Source of the DNA: an uncultured Solirubrobacterales bacterium
GTDB taxonomy: Bacteria > Actinomycetota > Thermoleophilia > Solirubrobacterales > Solirubrobacteraceae
Length of the DNA: 64,000 nucleotides
Assembly (NCBI GenBank): GCA_963718935.1
Contig: OY970379.1
Location: 2,770,108 to 2,834,107 of the forward strand
Reading direction: 5' to 3'
Shown here: one piece after another, positions 51,623 through 61,522 of the stretch
Position numbering within the stretch: the stretch's first letter is position 1
Layout of the letters: each line of letters opens with the position of its first letter
Notes under the pieces: model-generated
What the model saw: only the letters and a program-made list of their open reading frames with translations
What the model was told of the DNA's origin: nothing
The model's database searches: none
Made by a program: the position numbers and the translations under genes

Positions 51623-54600
51623 TCACGGGTGCAACTCCTGCAGGCACAAGACCTCGGGCTCGCCGCCGGCATGAGCCCGGGCGATGGCGCGGGCGGCGGA
51701 GACCCCGGCCGCAAGGGTTGTCAGGCATGGGATCCCGTGGGCGACCGCCGCGCGCCTGATCTCCCAACCATCGGTCCTCGCGCCCGAGCCCGTCGGCGTG
51801 TTGACCACCAGGTGCACGTCGCCGCGCTCGATCCAGTCGAGCACGTGGGGCGAGCCCTCGCCGATCTTGTTCAGGCGCTGCACGGGCACCCCCATGCGCG
51901 CGATCGCCTCGGCGGTGCCGCGCGTGGCGACGATCCGAAAGCCGACGTCGTGCAGTGTCTGGGCGACCGCGAAGGCGCCGGCCTTGTCGGAGTCGGTGAC
52001 CGTGATGAAGGCCGTGCCCTCGTTGGGCAGAGGCACGCCCGCGGCGGCCTGAGCCTTGGCGAACGCGGTCGGAAAGTCGCGGGCGATGCCCATGACCTCC
52101 CCGGTCGAGCGCATCTCGGGGCCAAGCACCGCGTCGGAGCCCTCGAAACGGTCGAACGGCAGGACCGCCTCCTTGACCGAGACGTGATCGCCGCGCCCGA
52201 GACCTTCGGCCTCTCCGGGGAGGCCCAGGTCGGCGATCCGCTCACCGAGCATGATCCGGCAGGCGAGCTTGGCAAGGGGCAAGCCGACGGCCTTGGAGAC
52301 GAAAGGCACGGTGCGCGAGGCTCGCGGGTTGGCCTCGATCACGTACAGCTCGCCGGCATAAACGGCGTACTGCACGTTGAGCAGGCCGACCACGCCGATC
52401 GCAAGCGCAAGCTCGCGCGTGGCGCCACGGATCTGCTCGAGCATCTCCTCGCCGAGCGAATGTGGGGGCAGCACGCAGGCGCTGTCGCCGGAGTGCACAC
52501 CGGCCTCCTCGACGTGCTGCATGATCCCGCCGACCCACACGTCCTTGCCGTCGCACAAGGCATCCACGTCGACCTCCGTCGCGTTCTCGAGGAAGCGGTC
52601 CAGGAAGATCGCCGGGCTTTGGTTGCCGGCGGGACCGACCGGATGGGTCCTGCCGTTCGGGGCGCTGGCGCCGCCGTTCGGATCGGCGAGGTCGTCCGGG
52701 TCGGGCGGCGGCTCGCGGCTGAGGTAGTCGGCGAGCCCCGCATTCGAGTAGACGATCTCCATCGCCCGACCGCCGAGCACATAAGAGGGGCGCACGAGCA
52801 ACGGATAGCCGACGTCATCGGCCCTGGCCAGGGCCTCGCCCACCGAGCGCGCGGTCGCGTAAGGCGGCGCCTTGTAACCGAGCTTGGCAAGCAGCTCGCC
52901 GAAGCGGGAGCGGTCCTCGGCGAGGTCGATCGCGTCGACGCTCGTGCCCAGCAGCGGGACTCCCGCCTCGACCAGGCCGGCCGCGAGCTTCAATGGAGTC
53001 TGGCCACCGAACTGGACGATCACGCCCTCCGGCCGCTCGACCTCGACCACGGCGAGCACGTCCTGGAGCGTCAACGGCTCGAAGTAGAGCCGGTCGGAGG
53101 TGTCGTAGTCGGTTGAGACGGTCTCTGGGTTGCAGTTGATCATGACCGCGTCGCGTCCCGACTCGCGTACGGTCATCGCGGCGTGTACGCAGCAGTAGTC
53201 GAACTCGATCCCCTGGCCGATCCGGTTCGGTCCGGCGCCGAGGATCACGACCGACGGGCGCTCCCCGCGCACGACCTCGTGGGCCGGCTCGCCGCGCTCT
53301 GAGCCGGAGTAGTAGTAGGGGGTGCGCGCCGGGAACTCGGCGGCGCAGGTGTCGACCGATCGGAACGCAAGCTGCCCGGCGAACGGCGCGTCGGGGTCGA
53401 GGGCGAGCGAAAGCAGCTCGCGCAGGAACCACATGTCGATCGAGGTGCGCTCGTGGACGGCCTCGACGTCGACACCGCGCGCCAGCAACTCGAGGATCGT
53501 CTCGTAGCGGTCCGGGCTGGGGATCTCAAGGCTCGCCAGCAGATCCTCGTCGGACACTTCGCCCAGGCACGGGGGCTTGTCCAACTCGCGCGAGCGCAGC
53601 GCCTTGGCGAAGGCCTGGCCGAACGTCCTGCCGATCGCCATCGCCTCGCCGACGGACTTCATGTGGGTGGTCAACGTCGAGTCGGTGCCCGGGAACTTCT
53701 CGAAAGCGAAACGTGGCCACTTGACGACGACGTAGTCGATCGTCGGCTCGAAGCAGGCGGGGGTGACGCCGGTGATGTCGTTGTCGATCTCTTGGAGGGT
53801 GTAGCCGACCGCCAGGCGCGCGGCGATCTTGGCGATCGGAAAGCCGGTGGCCTTGGAGGCGAGCGCCGAAGAGCGCGACACGCGGGGGTTCATCTCGATC
53901 ACCAAGATCTGCTCGGTCTCGGGGTTCACCGCGAACTGGACGTTCGAGCCGCCGGTCTCCACGCCGACCGCCCGGATCACCGCGATCGCCTGGTCGCGCA
54001 GGCGCTGGTAGACGCGATCGGTGAGGGTCTGCTGGGGGGCGACCGTTACAGAGTCGCCGGTGTGGACGCCCATCGGGTCGACGTTCTCGATCGAGCAGAC
54101 GATCACGACGTTGTCGGCGTTGTCGCGCATCACCTCCAGCTCGAACTCGCCCCAGCCGAGGACCGATTGGTCGAGCAGGATCTGGCCGATCGGAGATGCC
54201 TCGATCCCGCGCGCCACGATGCGCTCGAACTCGTCCTTGGTGCGAGCGATCCCGCCACCGCGCCCGCCGAGCGTGTAGGCGGGCCTCACGATGCAGGGCA
54301 GGCCGAGCCCTGGCAGCGCGTCGATGGCCTGCTCGAGGTTCGTGGCGATCGCGCTGGCGGGCATCTCGAGGCCCGCGTCGCGCATCGTCGCGGCGAAGCG
54401 TTCGCGATCCTCGGCGCAGGCGATCGCGTCGTAGTCGGCGCCGATCAGCTCGACGTCGTACTTGGTAAGGGTGCCGTCGTCGTGCAAAGCCTTGGCCAGG
54501 TTCAGGGCGGTCTGGCCTCCCAGCGTGGGCAGGAGCGCGTCGGGGCGCTCGCGCGCGATCACCTGGGCGACCGGACCGGGTAGCAGCGGCTCGACGTAGG

Positions 54601-54790
54601 TGGCGTCGGCGAAGCCGGGGTCGGTCATGATCGTCGCCGGGTTGGAGTTGACGAGCACGATCTGAAAGCCCTCTTCGCGCAGAACCTTGCAGGCCTGAAC
54701 TCCGGAGTAGTCGAACTCCGCGGCCTGACCGATCACGATCGGACCGGAGCCGAGGATCATGATCTTGTCGATGTCCTTGCGCTTCGGCAC
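51623..54790 (-). CDS. carB: Carbamoyl-phosphate synthase large subunit
   Basis: [82 protein letters not shown] domain. Confidence 0.98.
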   Translation of the reverse strand: MPKRKDIDKIMILGSGPIVIGQAAEFDYSGVQACKVLREEGFQIVLVNSNPATIMTDPGFADATYVEPLLPGPVAQVIARERPDALLPTLGGQTALNLAKALHDDGTLTKYDVELIGADYDAIACAEDRERFAATMRDAGLEMPASAIATNLEQAIDALPGLGLPCIVRPAYTLGGRGGGIARTKDEFERIVARGIEASPIGQILLDQSVLGWGEFELEVMRDNADNVVIVCSIENVDPMGVHTGDSVTVAPQQTLTDRVYQRLRDQAIAVIRAVGVETGGSNVQFAVNPETEQILVIEMNPRVSRSSALASKATGFPIAKIAARLAVGYTLQEIDNDITGVTPACFEPTIDYVVVKWPRFAFEKFPGTDSTLTTHMKSVGEAMAIGRTFGQAFAKALRSRELDKPPCLGEVSDEDLLASLEIPSPDRYETILELLARGVDVEAVHERTSIDMWFLRELLSLALDPDAPFAGQLAFRSVDTCAAEFPARTPYYYSGSERGEPAHEVVRGERPSVVILGAGPNRIGQGIEFDYCCVHAAMTVRESGRDAVMINCNPETVSTDYDTSDRLYFEPLTLQDVLAVVEVERPEGVIVQFGGQTPLKLAAGLVEAGVPLLGTSVDAIDLAEDRSRFGELLAKLGYKAPPYATARSVGEALARADDVGYPLLVRPSYVLGGRAMEIVYSNAGLADYLSREPPPDPDDLADPNGGASAPNGRTHPVGPAGNQSPAIFLDRFLENATEVDVDALCDGKDVWVGGIMQHVEEAGVHSGDSACVLPPHSLGEEMLEQIRGATRELALAIGVVGLLNVQYAVYAGELYVIEANPRASRTVPFVSKAVGLPLAKLACRIMLGERIADLGLPGEAEGLGRGDHVSVKEAVLPFDRFEGSDAVLGPEMRSTGEVMGIARDFPTAFAKAQAAAGVPLPNEGTAFITVTDSDKAGAFAVAQTLHDVGFRIVATRGTAEAIARMGVPVQRLNKIGEGSPHVLDWIERGDVHLVVNTPTGSGARTDGWEIRRAAVAHGIPCLTTLAAGVSAARAIARAHAGGEPEVLCLQELHP

Positions 54791-55951
54791 TTATGCAGCC
54801 GTCCGGATGCGCTCTAGGAAACGGTCGAACAGGTAGAGGCTGTCGTGGGGCCCAGGCCCGGCCTCTGGGTGGTACTGGACGGTCCCGCCGGGCACCTCCA
54901 ACAGCTCGAGGCCCTCGACGGTGCGGTCATACAGGTTGACGTGCGAAAGGGCGGCCTCGCCGAAGTCGGTCTGCCAGCGTACGGGCTCGTCGCCCTCGAT
55001 CGTGCGAGCGCCGCCCGGGCCGAGCGCGGCGAAGCCGTGGTTCTGGGAGGTGATCTCGATGCGTCCGGTCTGAAGGTCCTTGACCGGGTGATTGGCGCCG
55101 TGGTGGCCGAACGGGAGCTTGAAAGTCTGAAGGCCGACCGCCCGGCAGAGCAGCTGATGGCCAAGGCAGATACCCCAGACGGGCTTTACGCCGACGAGTT
55201 CGCGTACGGTCTGCACGACGTAGTCGAGCGCGCCCGGATCGCCGGGGCCGTTCGACAGGAAAACGGCGTCGGGGTCCTCGGCCAGGAGGTCGGCGGCCGA
55301 GCTGTTGCACGGGTGCAGGCTGAGACGGACGCCACGGCTGAGCAGCTCGGAGACCATCGACCGCTTGATGCCGGTGTCGAGCACCGCGATTCGCGGCCCA
55401 GCGGCGGCCTCATCACCGTGGTGGCTGACGTCGGCGGGCGTGACGCGGGCGGCGAGGTCCTGGCCGGCCATCGGCGGCTCGGCCGCGATCAGGTCGTGAG
55501 CGTCGCGCTCGGACATCTCGGCCGGGAAGACTCCCCCGCGCATGGCGCCGCGCTCGCGAATGTGAATCACGAGGGCACGCGTGTCGACCCCACTGATCGC
55601 CGGGATGCCGCAGTCGCTGAGCCACTGCAGCCAGCCGCCCTCGGCCGCGGGCGCGTCCTCGCGGTCGCACGCTTCGCGCATGATCGCGGCCCTGGCCCAG
55701 GCCCTGTCTGACTCCATCGCTTCGGCGCTGACGCCGTAGTTGCCGATGTGAGGATAGGTGTAAGCGATCAGCTGGCCCGCGAACGACGGGTCGGTGAAGG
55801 ACTCCTGATAGCCGGACATGCCGGTCGTAAAGACGATCTCGCCGACGGCGTGACCGGCGGCGCCGCAGGCTTCGCCGTCATAGCGTGCGCCGTCCTCGAG
55901 CAGCACGTACGCGCGCGCGCGCCGGACGATCTTCGATCGGTCGGGACTCAC
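54791..55951 (-). CDS. carA: Carbamoyl-phosphate synthase small subunit
   Basis: LEDG, GEIVFTTGMSGYQE..TDPSF.GQ, SNGPGDP, GICLGHQ, FGHHG.NHPV, TSQNHGF, QYHPEA.PGPHD. Confidence 0.97.
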   Translation of the reverse strand: MSPDRSKIVRRARAYVLLEDGARYDGEACGAAGHAVGEIVFTTGMSGYQESFTDPSFAGQLIAYTYPHIGNYGVSAEAMESDRAWARAAIMREACDREDAPAAEGGWLQWLSDCGIPAISGVDTRALVIHIRERGAMRGGVFPAEMSERDAHDLIAAEPPMAGQDLAARVTPADVSHHGDEAAAGPRIAVLDTGIKRSMVSELLSRGVRLSLHPCNSSAADLLAEDPDAVFLSNGPGDPGALDYVVQTVRELVGVKPVWGICLGHQLLCRAVGLQTFKLPFGHHGANHPVKDLQTGRIEITSQNHGFAALGPGGARTIEGDEPVRWQTDFGEAALSHVNLYDRTVEGLELLEVPGGTVQYHPEAGPGPHDSLYLFDRFLERIRTAA

Positions 55952-55967
55952 AGAGAAGCAACCACCA

Positions 55968-56531
55968 TCAGATGATCAGCTTCTGGACCGTCTTGAACTC
56001 CGGGGCGCCAGCGCCTTCGAGCAGCTCGAACAAAGCGGACTCGACCGTCGAGACGACGGCGCCGGCGCGCTGCAGGCGCTCGAGGCCGCGCTCGTAGTCG
56101 AGCTCGTGGCGCGAGCCGACGGCGTCGGCGGGGACGTGCACTTCGACGCCTTTGTTGAGCAGGTCGTGGACGGTCTGGCTGACGCAGACGTGGGTCTCGA
56201 TCCCGCAGACAATCGCCTGGCCGCGGCCTTCAAGGTCAAAGCCGTCGGCTCTGGCGGCCGAGAAGACGGTCTTCTCTATCAAGCGCTCGGCCGGGGCGTC
56301 GGTCTGGGGCTCGCCACCATGCGCGGGCTCGGCCAAGCCGACCTCGGGCGCGGTATGGCCGAGCCCTTTGGGGTACTGCTCAGAGACGAGGATCGGCAGG
56401 CCGAGGATGCGGGCGGCCTGGACCAGCTTGTTGGCGGCGGCGGCGACCGACGCGAAAGAGGCGTAGGGGCGGAAACCCTCTTGAATGTCCACGACGATGA
56501 GCGCCGCCCGGTCGCGTTCGAGCAGGCCCAT
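55968..56531 (-). CDS. Isochorismatase/cysteine hydrolase family protein (YcaC/ISOC-like)
   Basis: VVDIQE, SEQYPKGLG.T, EKT.FSA, GIETHVCV.QT, ADAVGSR; D-K-C triad; TGATG-coupled to pyrC. Confidence 0.9.
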   Translation of the reverse strand: MGLLERDRAALIVVDIQEGFRPYASFASVAAAANKLVQAARILGLPILVSEQYPKGLGHTAPEVGLAEPAHGGEPQTDAPAERLIEKTVFSAARADGFDLEGRGQAIVCGIETHVCVSQTVHDLLNKGVEVHVPADAVGSRHELDYERGLERLQRAGAVVSTVESALFELLEGAGAPEFKTVQKLII

Positions 56532-57874
56532 CAGGCGGCCACCACCGAGAAGACACGCTCACGGTAGGCGATCACGCCGGCGGCGACGGTCAACAGGACG
56601 CGACCACGCAGGCGGCGCCCGGCGAAGCAGCAGTTCTCGGAGCGGCTCTCCCAGCCGCGCTCGCCGGCTAGATACTCGGCGTCGAGGTCGATCAGGGTGA
56701 GGTTGGCGGGCTCGGAGAGGGCGATCGTGGGGATCGGCAGGTCAAAGAGGGCGGCGCCGGCGGTCATTCGCTCGACGAGGACGCCGAGGTCGAGCTCACC
56801 GGTCAGGACGAGGCCTGTGTACAGCGCGGCGAAGGCGGTCTCCAGGCCGGTGGTCCCGAAGGGTGCCTGCTCGAAGGGGACTTCCTTCTCCTCGCGCGCG
56901 TGGGGTGCGTGGTCGGTGGCGACGCAGTCGATCGTGCCATCGCGGAGACCCGCGATCAGGGCCAGCCGATCGTCGTCGCCCGCGAGTGGCGGGTTCATCT
57001 TCATGCGGGTGTCAAGCGTTCGGACCGAATCGTCGGTGAGCAGGAGGTGGTGCGGCGTGACCTCGCCGCTGACCTTGACGCCGGCGGCCTTGGCGGAGGC
57101 GAGCGCGCGCACGGAGGCGGCGCAGCTGAGGTGCTGGAAATGGACGCGGGCGTTCTCGAAGGCGGCGAGTTCGGCGTCGCGGGCGACCATCGTGGACTCG
57201 CTGACAGACGGAACGCCGGCGATGCCGAGCGCGGCGCTGACGGCGCCCTCGCGCATCGACGCGCCGCGGGAGAGCGTGGGGTCCTCCTCGTGCAGGACGA
57301 TGATTCCGCCGCAGAGCCGCTGGTATTGGAGGGCCTTGCGCAGAGTGCCGGCGCTCGCGACGGGCATGCCGTCGTCGGTGAAGCCGATGGCGCCTTCCGA
57401 GCGCAGGGTGGCCATCTCGGTCAGCTCCTGGCCGGCGAGGTCGCGAGTGATGGCGGCCAGGAACCCGACGGGGACGCGCGCATCGCGGGCGGCGGCGTCG
57501 CGCACGGAACGCAGGAGCGGCGGGGAGTCGATCGGCGGGTCGGTGTTGGGCATCGCGATGACCGCGCCGTAACCACCGGCGGCGGCGGCGCGGGTGCCGG
57601 TCTCGATGTCCTCCTTGTGCTCCTGACCGGGAGTGCGCAGGTGTACGTGGGGATCGAAGAAGGCGGGCATCAGCGCGCGGCCGCGGCCCTCGACGGTCTC
57701 AGCGCCATCGGCTGGCGCGATCGTGTCGGCGTCGGCGATCTCCGCGATGAGGCCGTCGCGGACGAGGACGTCACGGCGCGCGTCCAGCCCGGTGCGGGGA
57801 TCGAGCGCGTGGACGTCTTTCAGCAGCAGCTCGGCGGGCGCTCCGGGTCCTTTGACGAGCGGCTCGAATCCCAT
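56531..57874 (-). CDS. pyrC: Dihydroorotase (type I)
   Basis: DPHVHLRTPG.E.KE.I.TG..AAAAGG, MPNT.P, TDDG, HEED, QHLS, EVTPHHL, KMNPPL, TDHAPH, PFG.TGLET. Confidence 0.96.
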   Translation of the reverse strand: MGFEPLVKGPGAPAELLLKDVHALDPRTGLDARRDVLVRDGLIAEIADADTIAPADGAETVEGRGRALMPAFFDPHVHLRTPGQEHKEDIETGTRAAAAGGYGAVIAMPNTDPPIDSPPLLRSVRDAAARDARVPVGFLAAITRDLAGQELTEMATLRSEGAIGFTDDGMPVASAGTLRKALQYQRLCGGIIVLHEEDPTLSRGASMREGAVSAALGIAGVPSVSESTMVARDAELAAFENARVHFQHLSCAASVRALASAKAAGVKVSGEVTPHHLLLTDDSVRTLDTRMKMNPPLAGDDDRLALIAGLRDGTIDCVATDHAPHAREEKEVPFEQAPFGTTGLETAFAALYTGLVLTGELDLGVLVERMTAGAALFDLPIPTIALSEPANLTLIDLDAEYLAGERGWESRSENCCFAGRRLRGRVLLTVAAGVIAYRERVFSVVAA

Positions 57875-58848
57875 TACGCCAATTGGGGCTCGGGTACGGG
57901 GCGGGGAGCGTGGGCGCCGGCCGGACCGGGAGACCCTCCCTCCGGTCGCATCCCCGAACCGGCGAGCAGCTCGTAGAGGACGGCCATGCGCACGACGACG
58001 CCGGCCTCGACCTGGGCGGTGATCAGGGCCTGCGGCGAGTCGACGACCTCGCCGGAAAGCTCGACGCCGCGATTGACGGGGCCGGGGTGCATCAGGAGCT
58101 GGCGAGCGGACAGGCGCCGGCCGTTGATCTGATAGCGGCTTGCGTACTCGCGCAGGGAGGGCACCAAAGCCTCGGTCTGGCGCTCGTGTTGCATGCGCAG
58201 CGCGTAGACGACGTCGGCGCGAGCCAGCTCGTCAAGGGAGTAGCGGACGTCGCAGCCGAGCGTCTCGATCTCGCGCGGGATCAGGGTGGGCGGCCCGGCG
58301 ACGGTGACGTGGGCGCCGAGGCGCTGGAAGGCGATGATGTTCGAGCGGGCGACCCGCGAGTGGGCGACGTCGCCGACGATCCAGATCTCGGCGCCGTCGA
58401 TCGAGCCGAGGCGCCGGTGCAGGGTGTAGACGTCGAGCAGGGCCTGGGTCGGGTGCTCGTGCTTGCCGTCGCCGGCGTTGACGATCGCGGCAGGGCACCA
58501 GCGCGAGACCAGCTCGGCGGCACCGGCCCAAGGTGTGCGCAGGACGATCGCGTCGGGCTTGTGGGCGCTGAGCGTCTGGACTGTGTCCTTCAGGGACTCG
58601 CCCTTCTCGACGGAAGAGCCGCTGGACGCGAAGTTGACGACGTCCGCGGACAGGCGCTTTGCGGCCAGCTCGAAGGAGCTGCGCGTGCGCGTGGAGGCCT
58701 CGTAGAAGAGGTTCAGGACCATCAGGCCGCGCAGAGCCGGCACCTTCTTGATCTCCCGATCGGAGACCTCCGCGAAACGGAAGGCCTGGGCGACGATCTT
58801 CTCGATCGCGGGCCGGTCGAGTTCCTCGATCGAGAGCAGGTGATTCAT
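57874..58848 (-). CDS. pyrB: Aspartate carbamoyltransferase catalytic subunit
   Basis: LFYEASTRTRSSF, SS..KGESL.DT, NAGDG.HEHPTQALLD, GD..HSRVARSN, LRMQ.ER, MHPGP.NRG.E. Confidence 0.97.
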   Translation of the reverse strand: MNHLLSIEELDRPAIEKIVAQAFRFAEVSDREIKKVPALRGLMVLNLFYEASTRTRSSFELAAKRLSADVVNFASSGSSVEKGESLKDTVQTLSAHKPDAIVLRTPWAGAAELVSRWCPAAIVNAGDGKHEHPTQALLDVYTLHRRLGSIDGAEIWIVGDVAHSRVARSNIIAFQRLGAHVTVAGPPTLIPREIETLGCDVRYSLDELARADVVYALRMQHERQTEALVPSLREYASRYQINGRRLSARQLLMHPGPVNRGVELSGEVVDSPQALITAQVEAGVVVRMAVLYELLAGSGMRPEGGSPGPAGAHAPRPVPEPQLA

Positions 58849-59420
58849 GGAGTGAGGGCTTTCTCGGGAACGACAGAGGCGATCGTGACCTCATCGACGC
58901 TGTCAAGCTCGCAAACACGCACACGGACATGCTCGGCGCGGGAGGTCGGCAGGTTCTTGCCGACGTAGTCGGGCCTGATCGGCAGCTCGCGGTGACCGCG
59001 ATCGACGAGCACCGCGAGCTGGACCTTCGCGGGGCGCCCGTAGTCGAACAGGGCCTCGATCGCGGCCCTGACGGTGCGCCCGGTATAGAGGACGTCGTCG
59101 ACGATGACGACGGTCAGGCCGGTGACGTCGAAGTCGATGTGGGAGGCATGCACGACCGGCGCGGCGGGCCTGCGGAGGACGTCGTCGCGGTAGAAGCCGA
59201 TGTCGAGGTCGCCGAGCGGGACCTCGCGGCCGAGCAGATCCTGGAGGATGTCGCGCAGGCGCCGCGCCAGGTGGGCGCCGCGGCGGTGGATGCCGACGAG
59301 CGCGAGACCGGACGGATCGTCTGCGCTTTGAGGGTTGCGCTCGACGATCTCGTGGGCGATACGGGTCAGGGCCCGCCGCAGGTCGTCCTCGCCGAGGACC
59401 GTCTTCTCGGTGTCGTGCAC
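58845..59420 (-). CDS. pyrR: PyrR regulator / uracil phosphoribosyltransferase
   Basis: RAL.RIAHEI.E, GI..RG, LDI..YRDD, VVIVDDVLYTGRT.RAA..AL...GRP, L.DRGHRELPIR.DYVGKN.PT. Confidence 0.97.
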   Translation of the reverse strand: MHDTEKTVLGEDDLRRALTRIAHEIVERNPQSADDPSGLALVGIHRRGAHLARRLRDILQDLLGREVPLGDLDIGFYRDDVLRRPAAPVVHASHIDFDVTGLTVVIVDDVLYTGRTVRAAIEALFDYGRPAKVQLAVLVDRGHRELPIRPDYVGKNLPTSRAEHVRVRVCELDSVDEVTIASVVPEKALTP

Positions 59421-59429
59421 TTTTGGGGT

Positions 59430-59465
59430 CTTCCTTCCTGGCCTCTCGGGACCTGGTTAAAGGAG
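59430..59465 (-). promoter_or_regulatory. PyrR RNA binding site overlapping the pyrR ribosome-binding region
   Basis: Minus strand CCUUUAA-CC-AGGUCCCGAGAGGCC-AGGAAGG resembles the PyrR consensus (CUUUAA...RUCCnGnGAGGy); the 3' arm is the SD-like GGAAGG, as in translational repression in mycobacteria. -10 candidate TACAGT at 59474-59479. Confidence 0.8.
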
Positions 59466-59479
59466 CTGCTTCGACTGTA

Positions 59480-60451
59480 TCAGCCGGCGGGGACCGGCTC
59501 GGGCGGAGGAGCCTCGCGGGCGCGACGCTCAGACCAGCGCACCAGCTTCGGTAGGCCGCGCTCGGGAAACGGGATCTCGATCGTGTCGTAGTCGCGAGGA
59601 GCCTCAGTCTGGACGAACACTTGGCGCGCCTCATCACTGAGCTCGCCTCCGGGATAGCGGCTGGAGATGTGGGTCAGCGCCAGCATCCGGACATCGGCCT
59701 CGCGCGCGACTTCAGCCGCCTGGCGGGCGGTGCTGTGGCAGGTGAGACGCGCCCGGTCGGCATTGTCCTCGACGAACGTCGACTCGTGTACGAGCACGTC
59801 CGCTTCGTGGGCGGCGACGATCAGGGACTCGCAAGGCGCGGTGTCCCCGGAGATGACGATCTTGCGACCGGGCCGCTCCGGTCCGAGGACCTGGTCGGGG
59901 CGTACAGCGCCTACGCTCTCGCCGCGCTGCAGGCGCCCGAAGTCCGGACCGGGCTGGACGCCGAGCGAGACGGCGAGGTCCGGGTCTAGGTGGCCCGGCC
60001 GGGGATCCTCGATCAGGGCATAGCCGTAGGCCTCCCCTTTGTGCCTGACCGGGATCGTGGCGACCACGTAGCCGTCACCCTGGACCGACTCGGCCGGGGC
60101 CAGCTCGACGACATTCAACTCGTAGGGCAGCCTGCCGTAGATGAAGCGCGTCTGCTCCATCAGGCTGGTCAAGCCCCGCGGGCCGTACACGCTGAGCGGC
60201 TGGGTCCGCTCGCGCAAGCCAAACGACTTGAGCATCCCGGGCAGTCCCAACCAGTGGTCGGCATGAAAGTGGGTGATCCAGACCGAGTCGAGGTCGAGCA
60301 GACCGACCGACTTGATCAGCTGGCGCTGGGTCCCCTCGCCGCAGTCGATCAAGATCGTCTCCCCGCCCCGCCTGATCAGGATCGCGGGCAGGCCACGACG
60401 GGCGCTCGGAACCGAGCCGCCGGTGCCCGCGAAGAACAGGGACATGTCCAT
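59480..60451 (-). CDS. rnz: Ribonuclease Z
   Basis: F.GT.GSVPS.RR, LIDCGEGTQRQ, ITHFHADH..GLPG, exosite G..PGP..G.L..G, SGDT.PC, HESTF, HST, LTHIS.RY. Confidence 0.95.
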   Translation of the reverse strand: MDMSLFFAGTGGSVPSARRGLPAILIRRGGETILIDCGEGTQRQLIKSVGLLDLDSVWITHFHADHWLGLPGMLKSFGLRERTQPLSVYGPRGLTSLMEQTRFIYGRLPYELNVVELAPAESVQGDGYVVATIPVRHKGEAYGYALIEDPRPGHLDPDLAVSLGVQPGPDFGRLQRGESVGAVRPDQVLGPERPGRKIVISGDTAPCESLIVAAHEADVLVHESTFVEDNADRARLTCHSTARQAAEVAREADVRMLALTHISSRYPGGELSDEARQVFVQTEAPRDYDTIEIPFPERGLPKLVRWSERRAREAPPPEPVPAG

Positions 60452-60454
60452 GGT

Positions 60455-60469
60455 CCGCTACGGTAGCGG
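60455..60469. promoter_or_regulatory. Palindrome CCGCTAC-G-GTAGCGG carrying -10-like hexamers on both strands (TACGGT +, TACCGT -)
   Basis: Occupies the 28-nt gap between divergent rnz and tRNA. Confidence 0.55.
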
Positions 60470-60479
60470 CACCGCGCCA

Positions 60480-60552
<73 letters not shown>

Positions 60553-60571
60553 TAGCGAAGGAGGACCTGCG

Positions 60572-61522
60572 GTGCGAGATGGCGTAAGAGAGTTCGAGCT
60601 GATAGTCCGGACCATGCGCACCGAGCGTCTCGCGGGTGAGGTCGCCAATGCTCTTGAAGATGCCGGTATCGCGACGATCCTGCTCAAGGGCTCCGTTCTC
60701 GGCCAGTGGCTTTACCCAGGCCAGGTGCGTGTCTACGGCGACGCAGACCTTCTGGTAAGTCCCGCCTCCTGGGAGCGGTCTCTGATCGTTCTCGACTCGC
60801 TTGGTTTCGAGAAACATCCCCGATCGACCGAACGCACACAGTTCGGGCCCACCCATGCAAGGACTCTCATGCGTGACGGCCTCTGCGTCGACTTGCATCG
60901 TGCGCTTCCCGGCCTCAGGGGTGACAGCGAAATGATCTGGCAGTCGCTGCTGGCTCGCGCCAGGTGGCAAGACATCGCCGGTGTCGAGGTCCGTGTGCCC
61001 GACCGTGCGCTCCTCTTGCTGCACGTCGCGCTGCACGCGGCACAGCACGCACGGGAGCCGATTTCGAAGACCTTCGAGGATCTGAGACGGGCGATCGCGA
61101 TCGCGTCAGAAGACCAGTGGCGACGCGCGCTCGAGCTGGCCTATATGTATGAAGGCGTTGCGGGATTCGCCAGCGGTTTGCGGATGCTGCCAGAGGGAGA
61201 GCAGCTCTTGAACAACCTGGACGTCGAAGTACTGCCCTCGCTTCAGCACGAGCTTCGCCGTCACAGCGATCCGATCGTCGAGGAGATTGGCGGTCTGCTC
61301 TGGGCGCCAGGCAACCTGAGATCCAAGATCACCACCATGATGGGAATGCTCTTTCCGAGCCCCGAGTACATGCGCGATTGGTCGACTCTCGCTAAGCGCG
61401 GCAAGCGCGGGCTCGCCGCCTCTTACGTTTGGCGCTTGCTCTGGGCTATCGGTCATACCCCGCGGGCCGCCCTCGCAGCTTGTCGTGTGCATCGCCAGAC
61501 CACGGGAAAATGGTCAGTTTGA
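60572..61522 (+). CDS. Nucleotidyltransferase-family protein (NTP_transf_5-like, the type found in RiPP-associated clusters)
   Basis: L..AGI..ILLKG..L...LYP...R.YGDADLLV (KG...DxD), VDLH, LLLH.ALHA.H, DL; SD GGAGGA then GTG 60572. Confidence 0.85.
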   Translation: MRDGVREFELIVRTMRTERLAGEVANALEDAGIATILLKGSVLGQWLYPGQVRVYGDADLLVSPASWERSLIVLDSLGFEKHPRSTERTQFGPTHARTLMRDGLCVDLHRALPGLRGDSEMIWQSLLARARWQDIAGVEVRVPDRALLLLHVALHAAQHAREPISKTFEDLRRAIAIASEDQWRRALELAYMYEGVAGFASGLRMLPEGEQLLNNLDVEVLPSLQHELRRHSDPIVEEIGGLLWAPGNLRSKITTMMGMLFPSPEYMRDWSTLAKRGKRGLAASYVWRLLWAIGHTPRAALAACRVHRQTTGKWSV

